DNA from: a virus
Virus record (IMG/VR): IMGVR_UViG_3300010354_000069
Location: 8,244-72,243 of that record
Reading direction: 5' to 3' (one strand)
Length of the DNA: 64,000 nucleotides
In this document: positions 28,493 to 38,300 of the stretch, one piece after another
How the letters are laid out: each line of letters begins with the position of its first letter
How positions within the stretch are numbered: position 1 is the stretch's first letter
Notes under the pieces: generated by a model
Seen by the model: the letters and a program-made list of their open reading frames with translations, nothing else
The model's database searches: none
Told to the model about the DNA's origin: nothing
Program-made: the position numbers and the translations under genes

Positions 28493-28530
28493 TATTGACG
28501 CTATCGGCTTTATATGGCAATTATGGAGCA

Positions 28531-29226
28531 ATGGCACACAAGACTCCCTCCGGTAAGACCAGCGGTGCATGGCGCGACCTAGAACGTCGTGTTGAAGCGC
28601 TCTTTCGTGCTGCCGGATTCACGAGTGCCAAACGAATCACCCGTGCTAGCGACTTTGGTGAAGAACGCCCTGACGTAGACGTTCCGGAAATCAAAGGTCT
28701 AGCCGTTGATACAAAGTACAGAAACGGTGGATTTTCCCACCACAGCTTGTTCCTTACCGAAGTAGACAAGTACGTTGGCGTAAAACGAATGGGCGAAGAC
28801 CAAGCGTATGACTGGTCCATAATGCCCACCCGCGCCGGGGGTTCCAAAGACATTCTTGTCACGCTGCGCTTGGACAAGTTCCTTGAAGTTCTGGCACAGG
28901 CCTTCCTTCGCAAAGGACATCAATCAAACGGAGGTTGGTCGTGTCCGCGTTGTCCAGGAAGTCTGTCAAAGGTGGGTGAGCTACTTGGATTGCATCAGTA
29001 CACTTGCCAGACCTGTAGTCTGGTACTACTATCACAGGAGGAAGCGATCGAAGTAGAACAACCAGAGCCGGTAAGGAAGAAACGCACTCGAGAGCAAGTG
29101 GTCAAAGACCAGAGTTCCGATTCGTTCCAACCACTCCCAGGACAGATGAAACTTCGCGACTTGATCGCTCAAAAGACAGCCCCATCCTCAGGGCGAAAGA
29201 AACGCTTACCAAAGGGTACCAAATGA
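28531..29226 (+). CDS. Holliday junction resolvase-like PD-(D/E)xK nuclease with zinc ribbon
   Basis: ERRV..LF..AGF, PDV, AVDTKYR, CPRC..CQTC; GGAG SD before ATG 28531. Confidence 0.65.
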   Translation: MAHKTPSGKTSGAWRDLERRVEALFRAAGFTSAKRITRASDFGEERPDVDVPEIKGLAVDTKYRNGGFSHHSLFLTEVDKYVGVKRMGEDQAYDWSIMPTRAGGSKDILVTLRLDKFLEVLAQAFLRKGHQSNGGWSCPRCPGSLSKVGELLGLHQYTCQTCSLVLLSQEEAIEVEQPEPVRKKRTREQVVKDQSSDSFQPLPGQMKLRDLIAQKTAPSSGRKKRLPKGTK

Positions 29227-30296
29227 ATCTGAACGAAATCGAAACCACGTCGCACTCGCGGCTGGGCGTTTTCGAGAAGTGCGGAAAGATGTACGAGTTT
29301 CAGTACATCAAAAAGGAAGCGGTCTTCGAAAACGCGGATCACTTCATTATCGGTGAAATCTGCCACGGTACTCTTGAAGACTACTATAACGATGTCTACA
29401 AGACGGTAGATGAAGCCTTGGCTAATCGTTGGCAGGCGTGGCTAGCGGAGCGCAATTTGATTCCTCTACTTGGTGAGTTGCAGGATTATGCAAGGGATGT
29501 ACAGCATCTGTACCGACGGGCCAGCGCAAGTTATACCGGCAAGGACAAAATCCGCAAGCGGGACGGTAGCGTGGCGGACAATCCGCAACTTACCACTGAC
29601 TGGAAGCGCTCGGTAGAGGAGCTGCAGCTGGGTGATCGTGCACACAATATTGACCTAGCCGGAGTCACCACACTCGGCCCTTCGCACGCTTCTGTGTCGT
29701 TGAGCAACTGCTACAGCGAGACATTGGAAATCATGCGAGACTACCGTGAACCCTCTGCTCTGCAGTCTGTTGATTGGTTGGAGTTTCCTATTAGCCACCG
29801 CGTGAGGGAAAACAACGAGGTCAAAGACCTCTGGAACCCTGTGAAGCTGCCTCGCACCGGCGTCTACCTCAACGGCTACATAGACTTGGTAGGTCGTATG
29901 CGCGAAGAGCACGGCGGTGGTGTTGTTCTGCTGGATCACAAAACCACTCAAGGTGGACCACCCAGCGACCTTGAGGTCAGTCATCATGAGCAGCTACTCA
30001 AGTATGCTTGGGCTTGGCATCAACTTACGGGTGAGTGGCCCACGCATATTGGTGTAAACCATCTTCGTAGTAAGTCAGCGGTAATTGTTTCACTTGACCC
30101 AGAAGAAGCACTTGCAGCAATCGATCGCACGGAACAGCTGATCGAAGCTCAGCGGTTGGGTAACTACATCAAGAAAGATCCGTTTGCCTACGGATCTCCG
30201 TGCATCCGTATGCGAGACCACCAAGTAGAGCGACATTGTCCGTATCTGGCGAAGTGCCACCCCAGTGTGGCAAAGAAACTGGGCTTGGAAGTCTAA
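29223..30296 (+). CDS. PD-(D/E)xK exonuclease (Cas4/RecB-like)
   Basis: SHSRL..FEKC, G..CH..LE, LEF, GYIDLV, LDHKT, QLLKY, C-terminal Cys cluster. Confidence 0.85.
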   Translation: MNLNEIETTSHSRLGVFEKCGKMYEFQYIKKEAVFENADHFIIGEICHGTLEDYYNDVYKTVDEALANRWQAWLAERNLIPLLGELQDYARDVQHLYRRASASYTGKDKIRKRDGSVADNPQLTTDWKRSVEELQLGDRAHNIDLAGVTTLGPSHASVSLSNCYSETLEIMRDYREPSALQSVDWLEFPISHRVRENNEVKDLWNPVKLPRTGVYLNGYIDLVGRMREEHGGGVVLLDHKTTQGGPPSDLEVSHHEQLLKYAWAWHQLTGEWPTHIGVNHLRSKSAVIVSLDPEEALAAIDRTEQLIEAQRLGNYIKKDPFAYGSPCIRMRDHQVERHCPYLAKCHPSVAKKLGLEV

Positions 30297-30303
30297 CAGC
30301 CCA

Positions 30304-30332
30304 TTGACCACCCACCACGCTGCTTATAGAAT
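30304..30332 (+). promoter_or_regulatory. sigma70 promoter upstream of HU
   Basis: TTGACC-17 nt-TAGAAT. Confidence 0.75.
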
Positions 30333-30367
30333 AAGAGCGTGTACTAAACACAGGAGAAACTCGAAAC

Positions 30368-30658
30368 ATGAACGGTTCCGATCTTGTACTTGAAGTCCGT
30401 AAGAACATGCCTTCACTTACAGCGGCTGAGGCTGCTGGTGCGGTTGATGCCGTATTTGATGCTATCCGCAAGGAACTGCTATCCGGCGGTAACGTGGTAA
30501 TTCGCGGCTTCGGTCGTTTTGGTTCCAAGGTTGTTGATGCTCGTGAATATCGCAACCCGCTTAACGGTGCCAAGATTCTCAAGCCGGCCCGGCGTCGCCC
30601 TGACTTTGACTTTGCAAAGTCTCTGCAGGACGAAGTCTCTGCAACGCCTCTGAATTAA
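30368..30658 (+). CDS. hup: HU/IHF-family DNA-binding protein
   Basis: V.IRGFG.F, ARE.RNP..G. Confidence 0.92.
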   Translation: MNGSDLVLEVRKNMPSLTAAEAAGAVDAVFDAIRKELLSGGNVVIRGFGRFGSKVVDAREYRNPLNGAKILKPARRRPDFDFAKSLQDEVSATPLN

Positions 30659-30666
30659 GCTGCTAA

Positions 30667-30981
30667 ATGCCAAAGCCACACCCAATTCGGGACAAGTTCC
30701 TGAAGTACTTGCGCTCAGACATGGCTCACGACAAGCCATGGGTAGACGCTTCGGGTGTGTACACTTCCAATGAAGTGCGAGATGCGGTGAAGCGAATTTC
30801 CAAAACGGATCCTCTGCTTCACCGCATCATCGACTACTACATTCGCACCCGCATGCCTCGCATGAGAATTGCTGAGGCGGTTCACTACGATAGCAGCACT
30901 GTAAAGCGCAAACTCGACGACGCGGTCGATATCGTACTGCAACAACTCAAGCTGGGTGTCACCGGTGAACAAGAAGCCTAG
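30667..30981 (+). CDS. HTH (sigma region 4/LuxR-like) protein
   Basis: RIAEAVHYDSSTVKRKL. Confidence 0.6.
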   Translation: MPKPHPIRDKFLKYLRSDMAHDKPWVDASGVYTSNEVRDAVKRISKTDPLLHRIIDYYIRTRMPRMRIAEAVHYDSSTVKRKLDDAVDIVLQQLKLGVTGEQEA

Positions 30982-31564
30982 AAGACTGCGGGTAAAAGGA
31001 TTCTTCAAGAATCGCCGCAACCGGCTGCCAAAATCTGACGGCCACACCATCGCTGCAGCGCTGAACGAGCTGGAAATGCCGGATCGCGTACCAACAGGCT
31101 TGGTGGAAAAACTTGGGCTGGGTCCCGAAATCGTGCGCATGCGCAAGTCAGGCCTTACCTACCAAGAAATTGCTACACAGCTGTCGCTGGACGTAAACCA
31201 CGTGAGCAACTTTGCCGCCCGCTACAGAAACATGACTGAAGCTCAGCGGGTAGACGTGCATAAACGCTCGGTCTTCGATGTAGCGCAACGACTGCAAGAA
31301 GTTTTTGAAGACGTCACCGAGGTGCTGTCTCGTGTACGCAGCAACAACGCCGACCTTGAAATCAAAGCAGCAGACAAACTGCTGAAGTGTCTGGCCATGG
31401 CAGGGGATCTCATGGAAAAGGTGCAGATCTACGAAGAGAACAAGCGTTTTCGAGAGATCGTGCTGGACCTCTTGGATCAAGAAGCACCGGGTATCAAAGC
31501 AAAAGCATTGCGCAGGTTAGCGGAGTACAAGTCGGAGCATCTCTCGCTGCTGAGGCCCCTGTAG
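30956..31564 (+). CDS. HTH-domain protein
   Basis: MRKSGLTYQEIATQLSLDVNHVS followed by a helical region. Confidence 0.6.
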   Translation: MSPVNKKPRRLRVKGFFKNRRNRLPKSDGHTIAAALNELEMPDRVPTGLVEKLGLGPEIVRMRKSGLTYQEIATQLSLDVNHVSNFAARYRNMTEAQRVDVHKRSVFDVAQRLQEVFEDVTEVLSRVRSNNADLEIKAADKLLKCLAMAGDLMEKVQIYEENKRFREIVLDLLDQEAPGIKAKALRRLAEYKSEHLSLLRPL

Positions 31565-31821
31565 TGCGGGGTAGAGTAGACCGGCTGATTGCACTGTCTA
31601 GGTTTGTAGCAGCAGCACTTCTAGACTACCGCACTCGAATGGCTTGGACAAAAACCGCATTGAGTGTGCCTGGTATACCCGAATCGTATCGCAAAAACAT
31701 TGTAAAAGTACTGGACATGCAGCTACTTAAACTTCAAGAAGTACTGCAAGAAATGGCCAAACACGTAGACGCCGAATCCGAAGAGCTTGAAGAGCAACTG
31801 GGTTTGACAAAGAAGGATTGA
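31564..31821 (+). CDS. Hypothetical protein
   Basis: 3' part of ORF 31387..31821; GTG at 31564 is the likely start. Confidence 0.5.
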   Translation: MRGRVDRLIALSRFVAAALLDYRTRMAWTKTALSVPGIPESYRKNIVKVLDMQLLKLQEVLQEMAKHVDAESEELEEQLGLTKKD

Positions 31822-32313
31822 ATGCAGTTTTACGTCAGCGCTTTAGGACCTATAGACACAGGCCGCCCGCTTCACGCCGACGCCGGCAAAACCTTCAACC
31901 ACGTAGGCATTCCTATCTGGTTTACTAGGGGTAGTTTGCACCGTGCTGTACACGTTCTAAATGGACCCTACCACGAACCTACTGGACTTTTCGTGGTGCA
32001 ACCTAACGAAGTGCTGGTGTACTTTGAGGTAAAGCAGCCCCCAGCAGGTTCTTTGCAAGAGCAGACCATGGGACTGCGCCCGGTTACCTACGCAATTCTT
32101 AGTGTCGACCGCAACTTCGTGCATAGCAACAGTTTGCTGTATCAATCAGTAGATCCTGATGCAGACTTTGAAAAAGACGACGATATCGCCGTCTGGTTTG
32201 GAATGACCTTTCCGGCAACTATAGTAGGTAGATTCAGAAAGCCAACGGATACTTTTCAGCCTCCTAAAGAAACTCGTGGCCACATGTTGAAGGACTCCAA
32301 CCTCTACAACTAG
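31822..32313 (+). CDS. Hypothetical protein, last gene of the + arm
   Basis: AAGGA SD; stop overlaps the giant gene stop. Confidence 0.7.
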   Translation: MQFYVSALGPIDTGRPLHADAGKTFNHVGIPIWFTRGSLHRAVHVLNGPYHEPTGLFVVQPNEVLVYFEVKQPPAGSLQEQTMGLRPVTYAILSVDRNFVHSNSLLYQSVDPDADFEKDDDIAVWFGMTFPATIVGRFRKPTDTFQPPKETRGHMLKDSNLYN

Positions 32314-35300
32314 TTGGCTCGCTTTCGAGCAGCACTAGGAATATCTCTACTACCGCTGCGACCCTGTCTGTGATAGTCACGGTCCAGCGTGTCATCCTTG
32401 CCCTTCTTGCCAGCATGCTCTTGATGGATGACCACCTTCTTGCCCTGTGGGTCAACCTCTACCTTAGAAGTACGGCGCTGAGAGTGGTCTTTAGTGCTAC
32501 CCGTCGGCACATCCTTTGCCCCGCTCTTGACACCACCGTGATTAGCCTTGGTATCGACAACAACAGTTGCATTCTTTGACTTGGCGGGGGCTTCTTTACC
32601 ATAGAACACGTTTTGAATGAACTCATCAACGTTTTCAATAACGTCATCGAGCACGTTACGTTCATACTTGTCGGATACCACCGCTTCGACTTCGATTGAA
32701 CCGCTTGAAGAAACGGTACCAGGTAGCGCTTGTTTGCTTGTGCTTGAAACACGTGCAAGCTCTTTAGTGCTACGAACGCTTAGTTCAGCAGCGGATTTTC
32801 CAACACGATACTTGGCGTCAATATGAGCATCAACAGATTTTACAAGGTGCTCGTTAATTTTTCCGTAAGCCCAAATATTTGCAAGAACAATACCAATACC
32901 TGCAAAGGTTCCTGCGATAGCTCCAGGAAGAGCACCAACACCCCCAGCTAGTGTACCGGCGGCAGCGCCTGTCAAAGCCGTCTTTACAACGAAACCAGCA
33001 GCGGCACTAGCCAAGCCAAGAATGCCTATAGTGCTAAGACCGGCCACACCGTGCCCCAAAGCACGCTCTCTAGCAACTCTGTCAGTACCCGCCTCCCTGT
33101 ATTCAACAAAGGTCTTGGATGACTCTACGACCACCATCAAAGGCAACGCAGCTTTGCTAGCTACTGCGGCAAGTTTCGGTGCCCACGTTGTAGCACCAAA
33201 TCGCTTTGTAACAAGAGGAACCATGCGTCCGTAGCCTTCAAGTGCTGCTTGTACAGCAAACAATCCAGTGCTTGCCTTAAAGAAGACTTCCTGCTCAAAA
33301 GGCATTTCGTACCCTTGTTTATGCAGCTTTGCCTTTTGGTCTTCAAAATCCATCCAACTTTTTACAGACATGGCAAGCATGAATAGAGGATTGCCAAGCT
33401 GTTGGCTGAACTCATAACTCTTCATGATCGATGTGTTGGCTAGCCGTTGTTGGTAGATATCTCTGCGGATTCGAGCCTCTGCCTGTTCTTGGCGCGCCAT
33501 AGGACGCTCTCTGGAAGTCTTGTCCAACCTTGAACGAATCTCTTCCTTGCGCTCCACTGTACGTTGAATTCGCTCTTCAGCCTCCTGCAACCGCTCAAGA
33601 GGTTTGCCGGCAGTACCCAAGCGTGCCCAAATATCTTGCTTCAATTGTTTTTGACGGTTTATTTCTTCCTCACGCTCAATCAGGGTTTGCAAAGGACGCT
33701 CACCCCGTGTTGCCTCCGTACGGCTACGAACTTCTTCGCGTCTAGCTTCTGCTACCGACTCGACTGCTCTGCGCTGCTTACGGGCGGCAATGAGCTCGCG
33801 CTGCCTATTTGCCAGAGTTTCTTGGTCAAGGCTATTCAAGCTGCGAGGCGTGGGGTTCTTGCGGAAGTCCCTGACAGCCCTACCCAGAACTAAGCGGCTT
33901 TCTTCATCCGCGGGTACGAAAGTACGCTTGGTGTAGCTAAAAGCTTGTGGAGTCTTTACTGGCTCGTCCGTCACGCTACGCTGAGCGCTCACAACGGGAT
34001 TGATGCTTGAAGCAGCAATGTCTTTTGATAGACGTGCTACTACTGCAACAAGCGATCTACCAGCTTTCAAGTATCTGTGTACGGCTTTTTCAACCAACTC
34101 GTCTGGATTTACAACGATTAGCTGGTCTACGTTACGCTCAACAGCACGCCAGCCTCTACCCAGTAACATAGAATAGCCGGCATAACCAAGACTGGCAATT
34201 GTGCGTGCAAACAATCTGTCAGTAAAGAGGTAAATGTCCCTAGCACCTGTAGATGCAGCCCTGTAAGCAGCTTCTCTAGCTACGATGTATGTCCTACCGT
34301 CACGTTCAATAGTGGTATTGCCAAGGTGCTTAAGAGCGTCACCGTTATCAAACATGCTAGGCTTGTTATACTTGTCGACAAGCAATTCAGCCGCTATGCC
34401 CGCAAATAGCTCTCTAATACCTGTGGACATGAGCTCATGAATAGTAAAAGAAGTAATACCTGGTTTTTCTGATCTACGTCGTACTTCCTCAAGAGTACGC
34501 TCTGCGTTAGAGCGCAGTTCTAGGTAGGTCTGCTCTGCAAGTTTTCCGTTAGGGTCTTGAACACCCATTTCCCTGTACATGGACTTGATGATTTCTCGCC
34601 ACTCCTGCTCATAAACTTCAGGAGCTGCCCTGAAATCCATGATTCTTGCGCCTGGCTTAAAACCGAAAGTCTGAACGTAGTGTGCGCTGCTGTAGTGCCC
34701 CCAACCGCTAGGTTTAATTCCTCGAACACCAGAGTAATCTGTGGCATCGTTTCTGGAAGGTGTCACGTAGAACCCGGCCCCTTCGGCCCAAGTGCCAGAT
34801 ACGTCCAACTCTGGAATTCCGTAAGGACGATAGTCCTGACCGTGGTAGTAAGCCCTGCTTGTAAGCCTGTCGGATATAGCTTGCTTTTCCGCAGTAAAAT
34901 CAACTACACCAGAGCGGGTTGTGTGTGCATCGCGCGCAAGTGTTGAAGTTTCTGGCGCCGCTGTACGAAGCTCCATGTCAAGTAGTTCGTGCGGTAGCAG
35001 ATTTGAAGCACTTTCAGTCTTTGGCAAAGACCTCCACTCGTATTTGGCCCTCTGTTCAGCCGCTCGAGTATCTGCCCGCATTTTCAGCATCAGCCTTAGC
35101 ATGCGAGCTTCTTTTTGAGCAAACCTGATGAGACTGCTGATAGCTCCAGGTTGACTGCTTGCTCTTTGCAACCGGTCTCTGTACGTCTGGTAAGCAAGAC
35201 GGCCAAGAACCGGTGCGGTTGCAAGTAGACTAGTGGCCAGAGTAGCAAAGTGCTCGGGCGTAATCAGAGTGCCAAAACCACTGGAAGCTTCTGCGGGCAT

Positions 35301-38300
35301 TGTAGCGGCTGCAACCAAACCCAAGCCAGTAAAAGCAATGGACATTAGTCGTCCGGAGCGCCCGCCAAGAATGCCTTTACGCTCTGCCGCTCGTTTAGCC
35401 AAACGGCTTACACGGTCTGCGGTACTAGCAGCAACGTGTGAGTAAGGCTCTATATTCCTTGAATACTCGGCGGGTATTACTTCTGGTAGGCTGGTCTCAG
35501 AAATATTGAGAACCTTCGCTATCTTAGTTTTATAGATGTTTATAAGCTCTACAGCTTTGTCCATCTCAACAGAATCTTGTTTAGGAGCAAATTCTTGAAC
35601 TAACCGCTTGGTATAAAAGTCAAGTCGTAAATCCATATCTCTGGTAATGTTACCAGCTGCATGCTTGCGTAGAATAGCATTTTTAATAAGGTCAACGCGC
35701 CTGTCTGTAAAGTATATCTGTTCGTCAGTAAGTCCAGCTGCATCCCTGAGGAAGTTGTACATAGTACGCTGTTCTGGATAAGCAGAGAAAACACTAGTAG
35801 TAGAGTTTACGTTAATACGCAACCTGCGGATAAGCTCTGGCATTACATTTATTGCTCTAGTTTCTACAGCAGCTTCTTCAAGGGCTAGTTCAGGCGCCGT
35901 AGCGTAATGCCCTTTTATATCGTAATCAAAGCCGAATCTAGCTAGAGCGCGCCTACGCGGGCTGTACTCGTGATGCACTTCGTGAGAAAGGATATGAAGA
36001 GTCGTTAACAAGCGTTCCAAAGACTTTTCTCTATATTCAAATGAAGCTACGCCAAGTTTATTTCTACTCTGACGTGCGATATCTAGTAGATACGGAGTAT
36101 ACTTATTTCTAACATTGATGTAAGCCATCATACCGCGCGGAGTGTGCATACCATCCCAGCTAAAAGGCATATTGGTCACTCCAATATCATTCAGCAGAAT
36201 AACAGGAAGGGGTAGGATTCCTCTTCTTTGTTCTCTAGGTAAAGTACTTCTAACAGCCTTTGCAGTTTCGTACAAAGCAAATTGCATAGCAGTAAGTTGT
36301 TTTGCAGTATCAACAAAGTGTCTTAGGCTTGCAACCGATCTTGCACTTATAGTTTTCAAAAAATCTATTGTTTGTCTAGGTTTCAACACAAGGCTCGCAG
36401 TAAGCGCAGTAGCGGTAGCCCCAAAAACACCAGCTGCAGCAAATTTCAGGTAAGGTACTAAAGTGTTAATCAGACTAGGGTAATGCGTAGTAATTTTACT
36501 AAGGTCGGGCTCCACCACAGTTTCAATCCTGAAGTGGGTTGCCGCTTCTGCAGGCATTCCAGCGGCTAGTGCAAGGCCTACACCAAGTAACCCTAGTGCC
36601 AAAGGCTTGGCACCACGCTTGAGGCTTTGACGAGCCTTCTCAAGAAGCTTTGGTTGTAGAGCTTTGAGTGTGCTGCGAACGTAAGTGAAACCTCTTGCTA
36701 CACTGACAGAAGATTTGTCTATGGTAGTAGTAAACAAATGGTGCGGTTTACGAGCAGAAGCAATAATGTCAGAAGAAGCTCTGTACCTGAGTAGCTGTAC
36801 TGTGTATTCACTTAAATTTGCTAAGTTCAAAGCCCCCAACCGCTTTATACGTTTACCTGGAACAACAGCATAAACAGTTGTTTCTCTCGCTTCTTTGGAG
36901 TCCATTAATACAAGCTGACCATTTTCGTTGAAAATGGTATTACGTACTCCCGCGTATCCTTGGCTTACAATACTGTCTCTAAGAGCTGTATGAACTGCAA
37001 CCTCAGAGTTGAAGTTTGGTGGTAGACCTTCAGCAGCAGTAAAACGAGATGTCATAAACTCTACTGCGCTCTTATAAAAGTATTCTACATTGTGTTTGTT
37101 GTCGGGAGTATCAAGAGCGTTAAGCAGACGCAGGAGCTCCGCATTGAACTTACTGCTAGTTTTTTCACTATCATTTACGTGAAGCAGCATAGTCTCAAAA
37201 GTGTGCTGCAACATTGTGCGTACTTCAGTCTTGTACACTTCAGCAGGCTGAGCAAAGTCTATAAACTGTGCAGTAGGGTTTAGCCTTACTTTTTGAACGA
37301 TACCAAACTGCTTTTTGGCCTTTGTTACAAGGGCTCGTACAGTCTTGCCTGCTGAGTTTACAGTAAGACCCGCGTAGTCAAGGGCTTGGCCAACCGTTTC
37401 AGCCATGTAGTAACCACGGCCGCCCCACCAAGAGCCGTGTAAAGAGGCTTCAGGAATACCAGAAGGTGCATGAGTTTGACCGTGGTAGTACGTACGGTTG
37501 GTAATCTGCCTTGAGATATCTTTCTTCAAAGTGGTGAAATCCAAAGCGGTGCGCGTAGGCTCGGCCTCGGAAGCGGGAACAACACTGGACAGAGGTTGAT
37601 TCTTATTGTTACCCCCAAAAAGCTTCTTGACTCCTTCCCAGCCAAGAATTCCGGCTGCAGAGAAACCAAGCTGACTCATCAGCAAAGCGTTGTCTGCGAG
37701 CGATGTGACGTGATGCCCAAACGGTAGCGTAGCTGCTTCAGCGGGCATTCCAGCGGCTAGAGCCAGACCTGTTCCTACCAGCAGGCCGAAGATACCGGAA
37801 GTGCGCTGCCCCCGCTCCCGCCTAGCTTTCTCTAGCTCAGCATCAATAACCGTCACCATAGAACTATCGTTTAAAATTTCGAAAGAAGGTAAGTCACGTC
37901 GTGCAATAGAGCTCAAAGACCTGTGTAGCCTATCAAGAGCTTTTAAACTTTGTTTATAGCTGCCTACAGGACGTCTAATGCTAAATCTGCTGCTATAGGA
38001 AGAAGGTACAAACACGTTTACAGCGTAGTTATTGATAACCTTTCTTATTCTTGTAGCTTGGCTCCGGTTAAGGCGAAACTTCTCTGCAATTTTTTCACTT
38101 AGTAGTTTTACACGATCCTCTTCGACATACAAAGTATCGCTTGTAATATCTGTAAGTGAAAGCAAGGCCCTTGTAAACATTCTTTGAAACTTATAGGTAG
38201 CGACTAAAGGAGCGGTACTTACAGTATGTCCAGTTAGCCTTCCTACAAATTCCCTAAGATGCTCTACGCTACCAATCTCAACAGTAGCTTCTTCTAAGGC

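Noticed and set aside
29223-30296. CRISPR-associated Cas4
   Set aside because: No cas1 or array; standalone Cas4/RecB-like nucleases are common in phage recombination modules
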